From contig JABDFZ010000003.1 of assembly GCA_013286325.1 (NCBI GenBank), positions 4,021 to 68,020 on the forward strand: 64,000 nt of DNA, in the 5' to 3' direction. This DNA comes from Bacteroidota bacterium (lineage in GTDB: Bacteria > Bacteroidota > Bacteroidia > Sphingobacteriales > Sphingobacteriaceae). Positions 47,264-57,982 of this stretch are shown here, piece after piece (position 1 is the stretch's first letter; every line of letters starts with the position of its first letter). The position numbers were made by a program, and so were the translations under genes. The notes under the pieces were generated by a model that worked only from the letters and a program-made list of their open reading frames with translations, was not told the DNA's origin and did no database searches.

Positions 47264-47898
47264 AGTGAAAGTAGTAATGTACGTACAATTGGTTTTTAAA
47301 GAAGCTAAATTAAGCAAATAATTGTAATTATTAGCATCAATACTTTTTTATCTAAGCGCATTGAAACAAGTTTTTTACAGGCATTATACCTTAAGCCTTA
47401 ATTAACAGGCTGTTCACATGAAACGTCTCCTGGAAGAAAAATCGGAAAATAAGCCTAATACATTTTTAACATTCAGGCCAGATAAAAATTGATTGACGCT
47501 TGTCCTAATCCTTCTTAACGATGTTTTTTTTAGATATACAGCACATTGAAATAAAAGTAAAATTTATTTGTATGTTAAAAAAGTATTACATTGGTATTTA
47601 TTTTAATGGTAGCAGGAATGTAAAAATATTTCAACCAATTGCCCTAATAAAAAATGGCAATTATTGCTAAACGCTTTTACAAAGCCTGTGGCTGATACTG
47701 TGTAAATAATTATATAACAGCTTTTTGCTCGTTAAAATATAGGCCCTTTTTAAGACCGTAATAAACCATTGTATTAATAATTTTACCCGGTTACATATAA
47801 ATTATTAATTTTTAAAACTTGTTAGTTGTTTGATTTTTTTTGAGTTTTGCTGATTAGTTAGTGTTTCATTAACACCTTGCTGGCTTCTGTTATAAACT

Positions 47899-48481
47899 AT
47901 GAGTGATTTTACTAAGCTTTCTGACCAAGAACTTCTCGTACTGCTAAAACGGGATGAGCTTAGTGCGTTTAAAGAATTGTATCGGCGTTATTGGAAAAAC
48001 ATGTTTGGCGAGGCCTTTAAACACCTGAAAAGCAAAGAGTTGGCTGAAGAGATTACCCAAGAGATATTTACTAATTTTTTGGTTAAAACGGCAATCGCTG
48101 CAGGCTAACGTAAATATTGGCGGATACCTGCATTCTTCGGTTTTTAACAGTGTTATTGATGTGTACCGCAAAGAGCAGGTCAAGGCGAAATACAAAGCAG
48201 CTTTTAAAATAGTTAATTCGGAAGCAGATAATTCTACTGAAGATTCGATAATGTTAAAGGAGCTTACCTATACTATTCAAACAGAAGTAAATCAATTGCC
48301 CGATAAATGCCGCTCGGTATATGAATTAAGCCGCAACGAACATAAAACTAATAAAGAAATAGCCCTGCACCTGGGGATCTCAGAAAAAACAGTTGAAAAT
48401 CATTTAACCAAAGCGCTAAAACGGCTTCGCGTAGGCTTAAGCCATTATCTGTTGATTGCAATTGTTTTTATGGTGAAATAA
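47899..48481 (+). pseudogene. ECF sigma-70 factor (FecI-like, Bacteroidota expansion family) split by a +1 frameshift
   Basis: ORF fragments 47899-48108 and 48161-48481. Removing one T from T6 at 48075-48080 gives EIFTNFWLKRQSL..GGYLHSSVFNSVIDVYRK joined to region 4 (LPDKCRSVYELSR..ISEKTVENHLTKAL). Confidence 0.85.
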
Positions 48482-48708
48482 TTGGAAGCATCCCGTATCG
48501 CTATATTTTGATATTTATATATTCCTAAACATAGAATGATATAAATTAATATAGCATCAATTTATATCTGCCTTATGGTTTTTATTTAACTTTAACGGAT
48601 ATCTATTAATTATCATTAATAAAAGTTTAACAAAAATTAATACCCTGTTCCTGTATCCGGGTTGTATAAAACCCTATTTTTATATAGGATTTCGTAGCCT
48701 ATAGTCAA

Positions 48709-50562
48709 ATGATAAAAAAGCCGACACTTTTTGCAATATTATTTTTCTGTTATAGCTTTTGCTATGCACAATCTGATGAGATTAATAAGCTTCATCGCTC
48801 ATTACCGCTCATTCACGACAGTTTGTTATATGTCAATGCATTAAACAGGCTCGGCATGCTATCCTATGAAAAAAATATTGACAGTACTTTTTATTATACC
48901 AAAAAGGCCAGAGAAATAGCCGACCGACTAAATTATGAAAAGGGAAAAGCCGATGCCCTAAACAATCTGGGTGTTGTTTACGATATAAAGGGAAACCTTC
49001 AATTTGCCCTGCGTTATTATAATGAAGCTAACAATAGTTACAAAAGCCTTCACGATTCATCAAACATTGTTCAGACGCTAATGAATATTGCGATGGTTTA
49101 TAATGAGATGGGCAAAGATCAAAAAGCCACTCATAATTTTAAATCAGCAATGGCAATGGGTAAGAAATTAAGCCGGGATTCCATTATGTCATTGGTGATT
49201 TATAATTATTTATTGGAGTACCCCGCTAATACAGCTAAAGATTCTATACCAATTTATATTACCAAAGTCAGAAACATTGCTTCAAAATATAAAGACAATC
49301 GTTCATTGCTGGGGATTGACCAATTAGCCGCCGATTATGCTATTAAAAACAATCAGCGCGAAAAAGGAATGGCGTTGTTAAAGCAAACCATAACAAAAGC
49401 CATTAACAGCAATCTGTACTATTTTAGTTTGGATATGCTCATAGAAATGGGCGATCTGACAGCTCAGATTGAGCCCGCTACAGCTGTTAGTTATTACAAA
49501 CAGGGGTTGGATATTTCGGGGAAGAAAGGATATTTGTTTTATAGCCAGATATTAGCCAGGAAATTATATGACTTATATACAGCACGAAAAGATAGTTCAT
49601 CCGCTTTTAATTATAGCCGCCAATTATTACAGCTTCATGACGAACAGGACAAGGTAAACAATGCTTCGGGGGTTGATTATATTGATTATGCACTTAAAGA
49701 GCAGCAATTAGAATCAGTTCGGCTGCGGTCAAAATATCAGTCAGTTTTTTTAATATCAACAGTTCTTATCTGCATAATGACCATTGTTATCATTATCATA
49801 CTGTGGCGTAACTGGAAGAACACCCAAAGAACCGAAAAAATACTCAGGCTACAGTTTGAACAGGCCGAAGTAACTAAGGAAGATTTAGACATAATGAATA
49901 AAAATTATGCCCGTCTGATTAAAATTGTAGCGCATGACTTGCGAACGCCAATGGGGGCAATCAGTACTATTTCGTCCATCTTGTCTAAAAATGATTTGGG
50001 CGATGAGGCTAATGACTGGGTAAAATTAATGCAAACATCTGCTGATAATGGCCTTAACCTGATCAGCGAGTTGCTTAAAACAGATTTTGAGCAGCAGGAA
50101 ACACTCAACAAGGAAGAAACAAGCATTGATGAATTATTACAACAATGTGTACAATTGCTGAGCTTCCAGGCGAAAGACAAAAAGCAGCAACTAATATTGG
50201 ATAGCAGCAAGAATATTAAAGTATTGCTTGATAAAGGAAAAACTGCCCGGGTTATTAATAATCTTATTGTTAATGCTATTAAATTCAGTCCTGAAAACAG
50301 CGATATTCACATCACCGCCAGGCAAGTTGGTAACAACGTAATAATAAAGGTAAAAGATGTAGGTATTGGTATCCCGGCCAATATGCAGGATAAAATATTT
50401 GATCCATTTACTACCGCCAAACGCCGGGGAACAGGTAATGAGCAGCCATTCGGCCTGGGTTTGTATATCAGCAAACAGATTATTGAAGCCCATAGTGGCA
50501 AAATAGGCTTTAAAAGCGAAGCTGGTGAGGGCACAGAGTTTTTTATCGAATTGGCCTTGTAG
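48709..50562 (+). CDS. Periplasmic TPR sensor histidine kinase (orphan)
   Basis: Signal peptide, TPRs (ALNNLGVVY), TM, IVAHDLRTP H-box, NLIVNAIKFS, DVGIGI, GLGL. Confidence 0.92.
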   Translation: MIKKPTLFAILFFCYSFCYAQSDEINKLHRSLPLIHDSLLYVNALNRLGMLSYEKNIDSTFYYTKKAREIADRLNYEKGKADALNNLGVVYDIKGNLQFALRYYNEANNSYKSLHDSSNIVQTLMNIAMVYNEMGKDQKATHNFKSAMAMGKKLSRDSIMSLVIYNYLLEYPANTAKDSIPIYITKVRNIASKYKDNRSLLGIDQLAADYAIKNNQREKGMALLKQTITKAINSNLYYFSLDMLIEMGDLTAQIEPATAVSYYKQGLDISGKKGYLFYSQILARKLYDLYTARKDSSSAFNYSRQLLQLHDEQDKVNNASGVDYIDYALKEQQLESVRLRSKYQSVFLISTVLICIMTIVIIIILWRNWKNTQRTEKILRLQFEQAEVTKEDLDIMNKNYARLIKIVAHDLRTPMGAISTISSILSKNDLGDEANDWVKLMQTSADNGLNLISELLKTDFEQQETLNKEETSIDELLQQCVQLLSFQAKDKKQQLILDSSKNIKVLLDKGKTARVINNLIVNAIKFSPENSDIHITARQVGNNVIIKVKDVGIGIPANMQDKIFDPFTTAKRRGTGNEQPFGLGLYISKQIIEAHSGKIGFKSEAGEGTEFFIELAL

Positions 50563-50727
50563 CCTCTAATAGTCCATCCCCTTACTATTCAGAACAATAT
50601 ATTCTTCTCATAGGGCAATGCATCACTAAACGCTCTTCACCAATAAAAAAATATTTTTTTATTGTGAGTAGGGGATGTGTTCTACTTACACGTTAAGCAT
50701 TATTATAACCGAAATTATTTTCTTTTC

Positions 50728-51765
50728 ATGAAAGAACCTATACCCGTTGAATTACTGGAAAAGTATATTAATGGAACTTGCTCCGAATTGGAGGCCGAAA
50801 AAGTAAAAAACTGGTACTTGTCTTTTGAAGACGAGCATGACCATGTTTCAACAATTAGCCCGGCTGAAGAACAGGAACTGGAGCAAAGGATCTACAATCA
50901 TATCCTTCAAAATATAGGTTTAACCGAAGAAGAAGAGGAAATACCTGTTGAAAAATCTCGTTCAGGCGTTTTAAGAACCTTATATGCTATTGTTGGTACA
51001 GCAGCAGCCATAGTTTTAGTTGCCGGCTCAATAATGTTTTACCGCACGCATAAAACAACTATCATTCAGTCTACAGAAAGCAGTGCGGAGCAACTGGAAA
51101 CCATTACCAATAATACAGGCCAGATATATAAAGTAAACCTGCCTGATAAAAGTGCTGTTTGGCTAAATCCGCTCGCACAGCTTACCTACCCCAAAGTTTT
51201 CGGGACAAAATCGAGAATGGTTTCTATATCCGGTGAGTGCTTTTTCGAGGTAACCAAAAACTCTAATTGTCCATTCATTATTAATAGCCGCGCAATTATT
51301 ACAAAGGTATGGGGTACCAGTTTCCTGGTGCGCGATAATGACCGGAGCAACTCGGCTGAAGTATCTGTACTTACCGGGAAAGTTTCTGTGAGTATTAAAA
51401 AAACCAACAATACCGAGAATGCTGCATTGGTGCTCGAAAAGGGCGATGTAATGTTATATCCGCATCAAAAAGCTATTTATTTAATAGATCAGCATATTTT
51501 AAAACCTGAGATTGAGAAAACTGCGCCTGAGTTGCAGATTTGGAAACGTGTTAACCTGTCTTTTGAAAACAAACCTTTACGGGAGATAATTCCGGTACTT
51601 AATGCCAGCTATCATGTACATATCAAAGTGGCCAGTGAAAAACTGAATCATTATATATTAAACGCCGATCTGGAAGGTTTTAACCTGCCTGATGTGCTGG
51701 AAGCGCTGAAGAAATCGCTGAATGTAAATTACGAAATAGAAGAGAACGAGATTACGCTCGAATAA
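50728..51765 (+). CDS. fecR: FecR-family anti-sigma factor
   Basis: LLEKYINGTCS, TM, LPDKSAVWLN, GECFFEV, VWGTSF, VLTGKV, LSFENKPL; ATG 50728 preferred over 50677. Confidence 0.92.
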   Translation: MKEPIPVELLEKYINGTCSELEAEKVKNWYLSFEDEHDHVSTISPAEEQELEQRIYNHILQNIGLTEEEEEIPVEKSRSGVLRTLYAIVGTAAAIVLVAGSIMFYRTHKTTIIQSTESSAEQLETITNNTGQIYKVNLPDKSAVWLNPLAQLTYPKVFGTKSRMVSISGECFFEVTKNSNCPFIINSRAIITKVWGTSFLVRDNDRSNSAEVSVLTGKVSVSIKKTNNTENAALVLEKGDVMLYPHQKAIYLIDQHILKPEIEKTAPELQIWKRVNLSFENKPLREIIPVLNASYHVHIKVASEKLNHYILNADLEGFNLPDVLEALKKSLNVNYEIEENEITLE

Positions 51766-51866
51766 ACCAATTATATAATTATAAATAAACCCTCATATTA
51801 TGAAAGAAAGATTACAAACATAACCCCATAAATCCATCCATACTGTTGCTATGCACCGGTATAAAA

Positions 51867-51899
51867 AAACTTAGAAGTGTTACGAGCACTCCTAAGTTT
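51867..51899 (+). promoter_or_regulatory. Hairpin in the fecR-susC spacer (candidate attenuator or processing site)
   Basis: AAACTTAGAAGTG-TTACGAG-CACTCCTAAGTTT, 13-bp stem with 1 mismatch, preceded by an A-run. Confidence 0.5.
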
Positions 51900-51987
51900 A
51901 AACTCGGCCCCGCATGGAGAACACTATTATTAGATAGTGTAAGGGGCTCTAATTGTCTCATTTTTAACAAAGAAACTAAACAAATAT

Positions 51988-54900
51988 ATGAAATTTCGTT
52001 TACGAAGCCCTATTCCCTGGTTTAAAATCATGAAGATTACATTTAGTCAAATTCTGATAGCCTTGTTGATAAGCGGCCTTGCTTATTCAAGCCCCCTGAA
52101 GGCCCAGAACGTTCTTGACAAGACGGTAAACATGTCGCTAACAAATACAACACTGCTGGACGTGGTGAATTATTTGCAGAAAAATAATAACGTAAGGTTT
52201 ATATACAGCAAAAACGCTATTAATATTTCGCAAAAAATAACAGCCAATTTTGAGAACCAAACACTTAAAACAGTGTTAGATCAGGTCTTTAAAAATAATG
52301 GTATCGATTACGAGGTATTGAAAGACAGGATTGTCCTTGGAAAATTATCTGATATAAACATGGCAGATGGTTCCACAGTTGTTACTGGTGATAAAACAAA
52401 CAGCGCAAACAATGCTGTAGTAACTATCCCTGTTTCGGGTAAGGTTCTTGATGAAAAAGGCCTTCCGGTACCCGGAGTAAGCATTACTGAAAAAGGAACA
52501 ACAAACGGCGTGGTTACCGGCATCGACGGTACGTTTAAATTAAATGTAAAAGATGCAAGTTCCGTTTTAGTAGTTGGCTACGTTGGTTACACAAAACAGG
52601 AGATCACTGTAGGCGCTCAAACCAATATTACCATTTCGTTAGTTGAAGATATTAAAAGCATTAACGAAGTTATTGTTGTTGGTTATGGTGTACAAAAGAA
52701 AAGCGTTACCACTGGCTCTATCTCCGGCGTTACTGCAAGGGAATTTGAAGATCAGCCGGTTACACGTATCGAACAAATACTGCAAGGCAGAACATCAGGC
52801 TTAACCATTAATACAAATGACGGGCAACCGGGCGATGGTTCAACTGTGCGTGTAAGGGGTGTAACTACCTTTAACAATAATGATCCGCTTTGGGTTGTTG
52901 ATGGTGTTGTAGTTGATAATGGTGGTATAGGCTACCTTAATCAATCGGATATCGAATCGATCGAAGTATTAAAAGATGCTGCATCATCAGCAATTTATGG
53001 TACACGCGCTGCTGCCGGTGTTATTTTGGTTACCACTAAAAAGGGCAAACCAGGCCGCATGCAGATTAATTATTCAGGCTATGTTGGCACATCAGCACCT
53101 GCCAGGAAATTAGATCTTTTAAATGCTACACAATATGCTACTTTAAGAAACGAATCGCTGGCTGCTGCAGGTAAACCCATTTTATTTGCTAATCCATCTT
53201 CATTGGGGGTTGGAACAGATTGGCAGTCGTTAATTTTCAATAACAGTGCAAAAGAGCAAAATCATGAATTAAGCGTATCTGGTGGAACTGATAAATCTAC
53301 CTATTACACTTCATTTGGCTATTTACAGCAAGATGGTATTGTAGCTACACCTATTTCAAAATATACAAGGGTAAATTTCAGGACCAATGAAACTTACAAA
53401 CCATCGAAGTATATAAATTTTGGTGAAAACATTGGCTATACCTACAATAAGTCAATTGGTTTAGGAAATACCAATAGCGTTTTCGGCGGTCCGTTAAGCT
53501 CAGCGATTAACCTCGACCCTATTACCCCAGCGCTAGTAACTGATCCTACAGCTGCTTCAGCTCCTGTTTATACCAATAATGCAAACGTGATAAGAAATGC
53601 ACAGGGATATCCTTACGGTATTTCTTCTTATGTAGGGCAGGAAATAACTAACCCATTAGCGTATATCCAAACACGTTTGGGCAATTATAGCTGGGCTCAC
53701 AACATAGTTGGTAACGCCTATGCTGAGGTTGACCCGATCCCGGGGCTTGCAATAAAATCGACCATTGGTACGAAAATGGCATTTTATGGCGACGAAAGCT
53801 TTACCCCGCTTGCATACCTTAACGCATCAACAATCACATCGCAAAACAATTATAACCGCGATATGACAAGGCTTTTTAACTGGAACGTTGAAAATACCGC
53901 CTCATATACCCGCAGCTTCCAAAAGCATAATATCAATGTGTTATTGGGCCAGGGATCATATATTGATGGTGCTTCATATTCTTCAGGCGTTACCGAATAT
54001 GGCCTGCCTGTAACTAATTTTAAAGATGCCTCTTTAAATTATAGTGTTCCGGCGGTTCAGAGGATCGGTTACGGTGGTGAAGGACAAGCACACCATATCA
54101 GTTCATTGTTTGCGCGTTTAAACTATGACTATGATGAAAAATATATTATCCAGGGTGTAATAAGAAGAGACGGTTCTTCTCGCTTCGGTGGTAACAATAA
54201 GTACGGTACATTCCCTTCAGTTTCGTTAGGATGGGTGCCTACCAAAGAATCATTTTGGCCACAAAACAATGTGGTCGACTTCCTGAAGATTCGTGGCGGC
54301 TACGGTGTTGTGGGTAATGATGCCATTCCGGATAATGCCTTCCTTTCAACTATTGGCGGCGGCAGAAATTACAGCTTTGGGAACACTGATACTTACATTA
54401 GCGGTTACAGCCCTAATGCACCATCGAACCCTGATTTGAAATGGGAACAAACTTCACAAACCAACGTAGGTTTAGACGCGGTAATATTCCACGATTTTAA
54501 CTTAACACTTGAGTGGTATAAGAAAAAAACAACCGGGATCCTTCAACAGCCAAACCTTCCATATTATATAGGGGCTATCAGTAACCCTTACGCTAATATT
54601 GGCGATATGGAAAATACAGGCGAGGAAATTTCATTAAGCTACCACAAAAAAATCGGTGAAGTTAAAATAGGTTTTGACGGAAACATATCTCACCTTAAAA
54701 ACACAGTAACCCGTTTAGCTCCAGGTCAGGATTATTTGGGCGGAGTAGGTGTTCAAAACATACAAGGTGGTGTAACCCGTTCAGAAGTTGGCCATCCAAT
54801 TGGCTCTTTCTTTGGATATGAAAACCTTGGAATATTCCAGACCCAATCGGAAATTGACAGCTATGTTTCGCCAAAAACAGGTCAAAGAATACAACCTAAT

Positions 54901-55458
54901 GCTAAACCAGGCGACTTTAAATGGGCTGATTTAGATGGCAATGGTACAATTACTGATAACGACCGTACTTTCATAGGTAATTCATTACCTACATGGCAAT
55001 ATGGTTTAACCTTTACAGCTGCTTATAAAAACTTCGATTTAGTGGTGTTTGGACAAGGCCAGGCCGGGAATAAAATATTCCAGGGCTTACACCGTCTCGA
55101 CATCCTAACAGCAAATTATACTACAGCTGCATTAGGCAGGTGGACCGGACCAGGAACATCAACCACTTACCCTCGTTTAACAGATAATGATGCCAATTAT
55201 AATTTTGAGTACAACTCAAGCTTCTACTTGCAAAGCGGTACTTATTTCCGCATCAAAACACTGCAGTTAGGCTATACACTTACAAAAGATGTAGTGAAAA
55301 AGATAGGCTTACAAAGATTGCGTGTTTATTTAACAGGCGAAAACTTGGTCACATTTACAAAATATACAGGGTATGACCCGGACATTGCCGGCAGTGTTGA
55401 CGAAGGTTTTTATCCGCAGGCCCGAACATTCATAGTTGGTTTAAGTGTTGGATTTTAA
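51988..55458 (+). CDS. susC: SusC/RagA TonB-dependent transporter with N-terminal STN signalling extension
   Basis: STN region, CarboxypepD-like domain, VVGYG, DIESIEVLKDAASSAIYGTRAAAGVILVTTKKG, RRDGSSRFG, LKWE, YPQART..F. Confidence 0.97.
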   Translation: MKFRLRSPIPWFKIMKITFSQILIALLISGLAYSSPLKAQNVLDKTVNMSLTNTTLLDVVNYLQKNNNVRFIYSKNAINISQKITANFENQTLKTVLDQVFKNNGIDYEVLKDRIVLGKLSDINMADGSTVVTGDKTNSANNAVVTIPVSGKVLDEKGLPVPGVSITEKGTTNGVVTGIDGTFKLNVKDASSVLVVGYVGYTKQEITVGAQTNITISLVEDIKSINEVIVVGYGVQKKSVTTGSISGVTAREFEDQPVTRIEQILQGRTSGLTINTNDGQPGDGSTVRVRGVTTFNNNDPLWVVDGVVVDNGGIGYLNQSDIESIEVLKDAASSAIYGTRAAAGVILVTTKKGKPGRMQINYSGYVGTSAPARKLDLLNATQYATLRNESLAAAGKPILFANPSSLGVGTDWQSLIFNNSAKEQNHELSVSGGTDKSTYYTSFGYLQQDGIVATPISKYTRVNFRTNETYKPSKYINFGENIGYTYNKSIGLGNTNSVFGGPLSSAINLDPITPALVTDPTAASAPVYTNNANVIRNAQGYPYGISSYVGQEITNPLAYIQTRLGNYSWAHNIVGNAYAEVDPIPGLAIKSTIGTKMAFYGDESFTPLAYLNASTITSQNNYNRDMTRLFNWNVENTASYTRSFQKHNINVLLGQGSYIDGASYSSGVTEYGLPVTNFKDASLNYSVPAVQRIGYGGEGQAHHISSLFARLNYDYDEKYIIQGVIRRDGSSRFGGNNKYGTFPSVSLGWVPTKESFWPQNNVVDFLKIRGGYGVVGNDAIPDNAFLSTIGGGRNYSFGNTDTYISGYSPNAPSNPDLKWEQTSQTNVGLDAVIFHDFNLTLEWYKKKTTGILQQPNLPYYIGAISNPYANIGDMENTGEEISLSYHKKIGEVKIGFDGNISHLKNTVTRLAPGQDYLGGVGVQNIQGGVTRSEVGHPIGSFFGYENLGIFQTQSEIDSYVSPKTGQRIQPNAKPGDFKWADLDGNGTITDNDRTFIGNSLPTWQYGLTFTAAYKNFDLVVFGQGQAGNKIFQGLHRLDILTANYTTAALGRWTGPGTSTTYPRLTDNDANYNFEYNSSFYLQSGTYFRIKTLQLGYTLTKDVVKKIGLQRLRVYLTGENLVTFTKYTGYDPDIAGSVDEGFYPQARTFIVGLSVGF

Positions 55459-55469
55459 CAAATAAAAAA

Positions 55470-57017
55470 ATGAAAAAGTATTTAAAGTATTTAGCAGTTA
55501 GTGCGGCATGTATGCTTGTTGTGCCTGCTTGTAAAAAAAGTTTCCTGAGCGTTACGCCCAAGGGAACAAACCTTGAATCGCAATACTATCGCAACCAGGC
55601 TGAAGCATTTACAGGTTTGGTGGCTGTTTATGATATTATGGGTTACCAAAGCGGTGGTGACATAACTAAGGAGAATGCTATGGACGCAGGCTCTGACGAT
55701 CATGTTGCAGGCGGCGGCGGCTCGGGTGATATCACCGATCTGCAGGTATTTAACAATTATACACTTAATGAAACCCAGGGTCCGGGTGCTGCATTATGGC
55801 AGGGCAATTACCAGGGTATTTTCCGTGCAAATGTCTTATTATCAAAGTTGCCTGGAGTACCAATGGATGCCGGTCTAAAAAATAGATATGCCGATGAAAC
55901 TAAAGCACTCCGTGCTTATTTTTACTTCGACCTTGTGCGCCTGTTTAAAAATATCCCTTTAATATTACAGGAGGTACCATCAGACCAGGTAGACAATGTA
56001 TTACAAGTACCACCGGCTACTGTTTACGCCCAGATTGAAAATGACCTAAAATCGGTGATTGCTTCAAAAAGCATACCTGACAAAGTAGATATAACTACTG
56101 ATGGGGGCCGTTTAACAATGGGTGCAGTACATGCGTTACTTGGTAAAGTTTATCTTTATGAGAAAAAGTACACAGAATCGGCCGCTGAATTAGCGATAGT
56201 AAATGGAAGCACTCCGGGGCAGCCAAATACTCAATATGGTTATTCATTGCTGCCTAACTTTGCCGATCTGTGGAAAGTTTCAAATAAATTCAATGCAGAA
56301 TCGATATTGGAAGTTGGACACTCGTCAAAATCGGGTGGTAACTGGGATTGCTCTGCATGTACTGAAGGAAATTTGCTGAATATTATGGTTGGGCCAAGGG
56401 GATATACCGCTAAAACAGCTGCTGCGCCAGATTATATTTCAGGGTGGAGCTTTATTCCATTTACTAAAGCATTTTTTGATTTCATCCACAATGATCCGCG
56501 TAACAAGGCAACAGTTGCTAATCTGGATAGTTTAAAAGCAGCTGGTATAGCTGATTATTCACCAGGCTATGACAACACCGGCTTCTTTGTTGGAAAATTT
56601 GCAGGCCATACTGCCGATAAAACTACCGGTGGTGGCGCCCCTGAGTTAAACTATCCGCAAAACATGTATGAGATCCGTTTAGCTGATACCTATTTAATGG
56701 AAGCTGAAGCACTTATTGCGGGCAACGGGAATTTAAGTCGTGCCGCTGCTTTAATGACAGCCGTTCATACCCGTGCGTATAATGATGGTACAACACATGC
56801 CCTTGCAGCTACAATGGCCAATATTAAAACCGAAAGGCGTGCAGAACTGGCAGCAGAAGGTCATCGCTGGTTTGACCTTGTACGTTGGGGCGATGCCCCT
56901 GCAGTACTTGGCTACAAAGGATTTAAAGCAGGCAGAAACGAAATATTACCAATTCCGCTTAACGATTTGAATGCTACTAAATTGAAGCAAAGTAAAGAGT
57001 ATGGCGGTACCTTGTAA
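55470..57017 (+). CDS. susD: SusD/RagB glycan-binding lipoprotein
   Basis: Lipobox VPAC; LRAYFYFDLVRLF, RLADTYLMEAEA, ERRAELAAEGHRWFDLVRWG, LPIP. Confidence 0.96.
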   Translation: MKKYLKYLAVSAACMLVVPACKKSFLSVTPKGTNLESQYYRNQAEAFTGLVAVYDIMGYQSGGDITKENAMDAGSDDHVAGGGGSGDITDLQVFNNYTLNETQGPGAALWQGNYQGIFRANVLLSKLPGVPMDAGLKNRYADETKALRAYFYFDLVRLFKNIPLILQEVPSDQVDNVLQVPPATVYAQIENDLKSVIASKSIPDKVDITTDGGRLTMGAVHALLGKVYLYEKKYTESAAELAIVNGSTPGQPNTQYGYSLLPNFADLWKVSNKFNAESILEVGHSSKSGGNWDCSACTEGNLLNIMVGPRGYTAKTAAAPDYISGWSFIPFTKAFFDFIHNDPRNKATVANLDSLKAAGIADYSPGYDNTGFFVGKFAGHTADKTTGGGAPELNYPQNMYEIRLADTYLMEAEALIAGNGNLSRAAALMTAVHTRAYNDGTTHALAATMANIKTERRAELAAEGHRWFDLVRWGDAPAVLGYKGFKAGRNEILPIPLNDLNATKLKQSKEYGGTL

Positions 57018-57043
57018 TTTAAACTTATTTAAAATTTAAATCA

Positions 57044-57916
57044 ATGAAATTAAATTTAATAAAAGCCTGCTCTATATTATCGGGAGTTTTGGCTATTGGA
57101 ATATACATTGGCTGTAAGCCCGATACGATTAAAGGCGACGGCAATGGCCTTACACCTAAGGATTTTGCTGCATCATTTACTGTAACACCGCTTGCAGGTA
57201 AGCCAAATTATTATGTTTTAAAGGCAAACTCAAACGGCGTTCAGTCGGTATCTTATGATCTGGGCGATGGTGGCGGCACTACCCCTGCTAAATTTACCGA
57301 TACCGTATTTTATCCGGATGCCGGGACTTATAATGTTACCCTAACTGCATTGGGTTACATCGGCGGTGTATCAAAAACTTCAGCGCCCCAGGTTATTAAT
57401 GTACCCACATCCGATCCAAAATCAGGTAACCTGGTTTTAGGTGGAAAGATGGGCCCCGGCGATGACGCAAAATGGACACATTTTGTTGTTGGCAGCGGTA
57501 GCAATATGGTTAATGACCCGGTTAAAGGTGTTATGACCGCCAACGAAAGTGGTTTCCAGGCAGGCGCTATCTACCAGTCGTTCAACCTTGTTGCAAATCA
57601 AAAATACATGGTTGATATGATTGTTTCGGGCAGCGGGGCTACCAATACCTGGTTTGAGGTATGGGTTGACACCAAACAGCCTGTTAACGGACAGGATTAC
57701 AACACCGGCCAAAAACCTATTTCATTAAATACCTATGCAGGTTGCGGCGGCTCGGCTTTTAGTGGTAAATTGTCGGCGCTTTCATGTGCTGGTTCAGGCG
57801 ATCCGTTCACTGTTCCAACCAGCGGTACTTACTACCTGGTAATTAAGTGCGGTGGCGATAATACTGGTGTAACCGGTATTTCATTTACCAATGTAACATT
57901 AAGAGGGGTTCAGTAA
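57044..57916 (+). CDS. PKD-domain surface glycan-binding lipoprotein (SGBP-B-like)
   Basis: Lipobox IGC; YDLGDG..YPDAGTYNVTLTA PKD motif; CBM-like C-terminus; position after susD. Confidence 0.8.
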   Translation: MKLNLIKACSILSGVLAIGIYIGCKPDTIKGDGNGLTPKDFAASFTVTPLAGKPNYYVLKANSNGVQSVSYDLGDGGGTTPAKFTDTVFYPDAGTYNVTLTALGYIGGVSKTSAPQVINVPTSDPKSGNLVLGGKMGPGDDAKWTHFVVGSGSNMVNDPVKGVMTANESGFQAGAIYQSFNLVANQKYMVDMIVSGSGATNTWFEVWVDTKQPVNGQDYNTGQKPISLNTYAGCGGSAFSGKLSALSCAGSGDPFTVPTSGTYYLVIKCGGDNTGVTGISFTNVTLRGVQ

Positions 57917-57930
57917 CAGTAATAATATAT

Positions 57931-57964
57931 GCAACAAGCTGTTTAATATAAAACAGCTTGTTGC
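57931..57964 (+). promoter_or_regulatory. Intra-operon perfect 14-bp hairpin
   Basis: GCAACAAGCTGTTT-AATATA-AAACAGCTTGTTGC without a U-tract, between the SGBP and GH16 genes. Confidence 0.6.
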
Positions 57965-57982
57965 TATTGATAAAACTTACTT

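Noticed and set aside
47418-47492. 24-codon ORF MKRLLEEKSENKPNTFLTFRPDKN in the large divergent spacer
   Set aside because: No signal, motif or terminator support; plausible by chance in AT-rich DNA.
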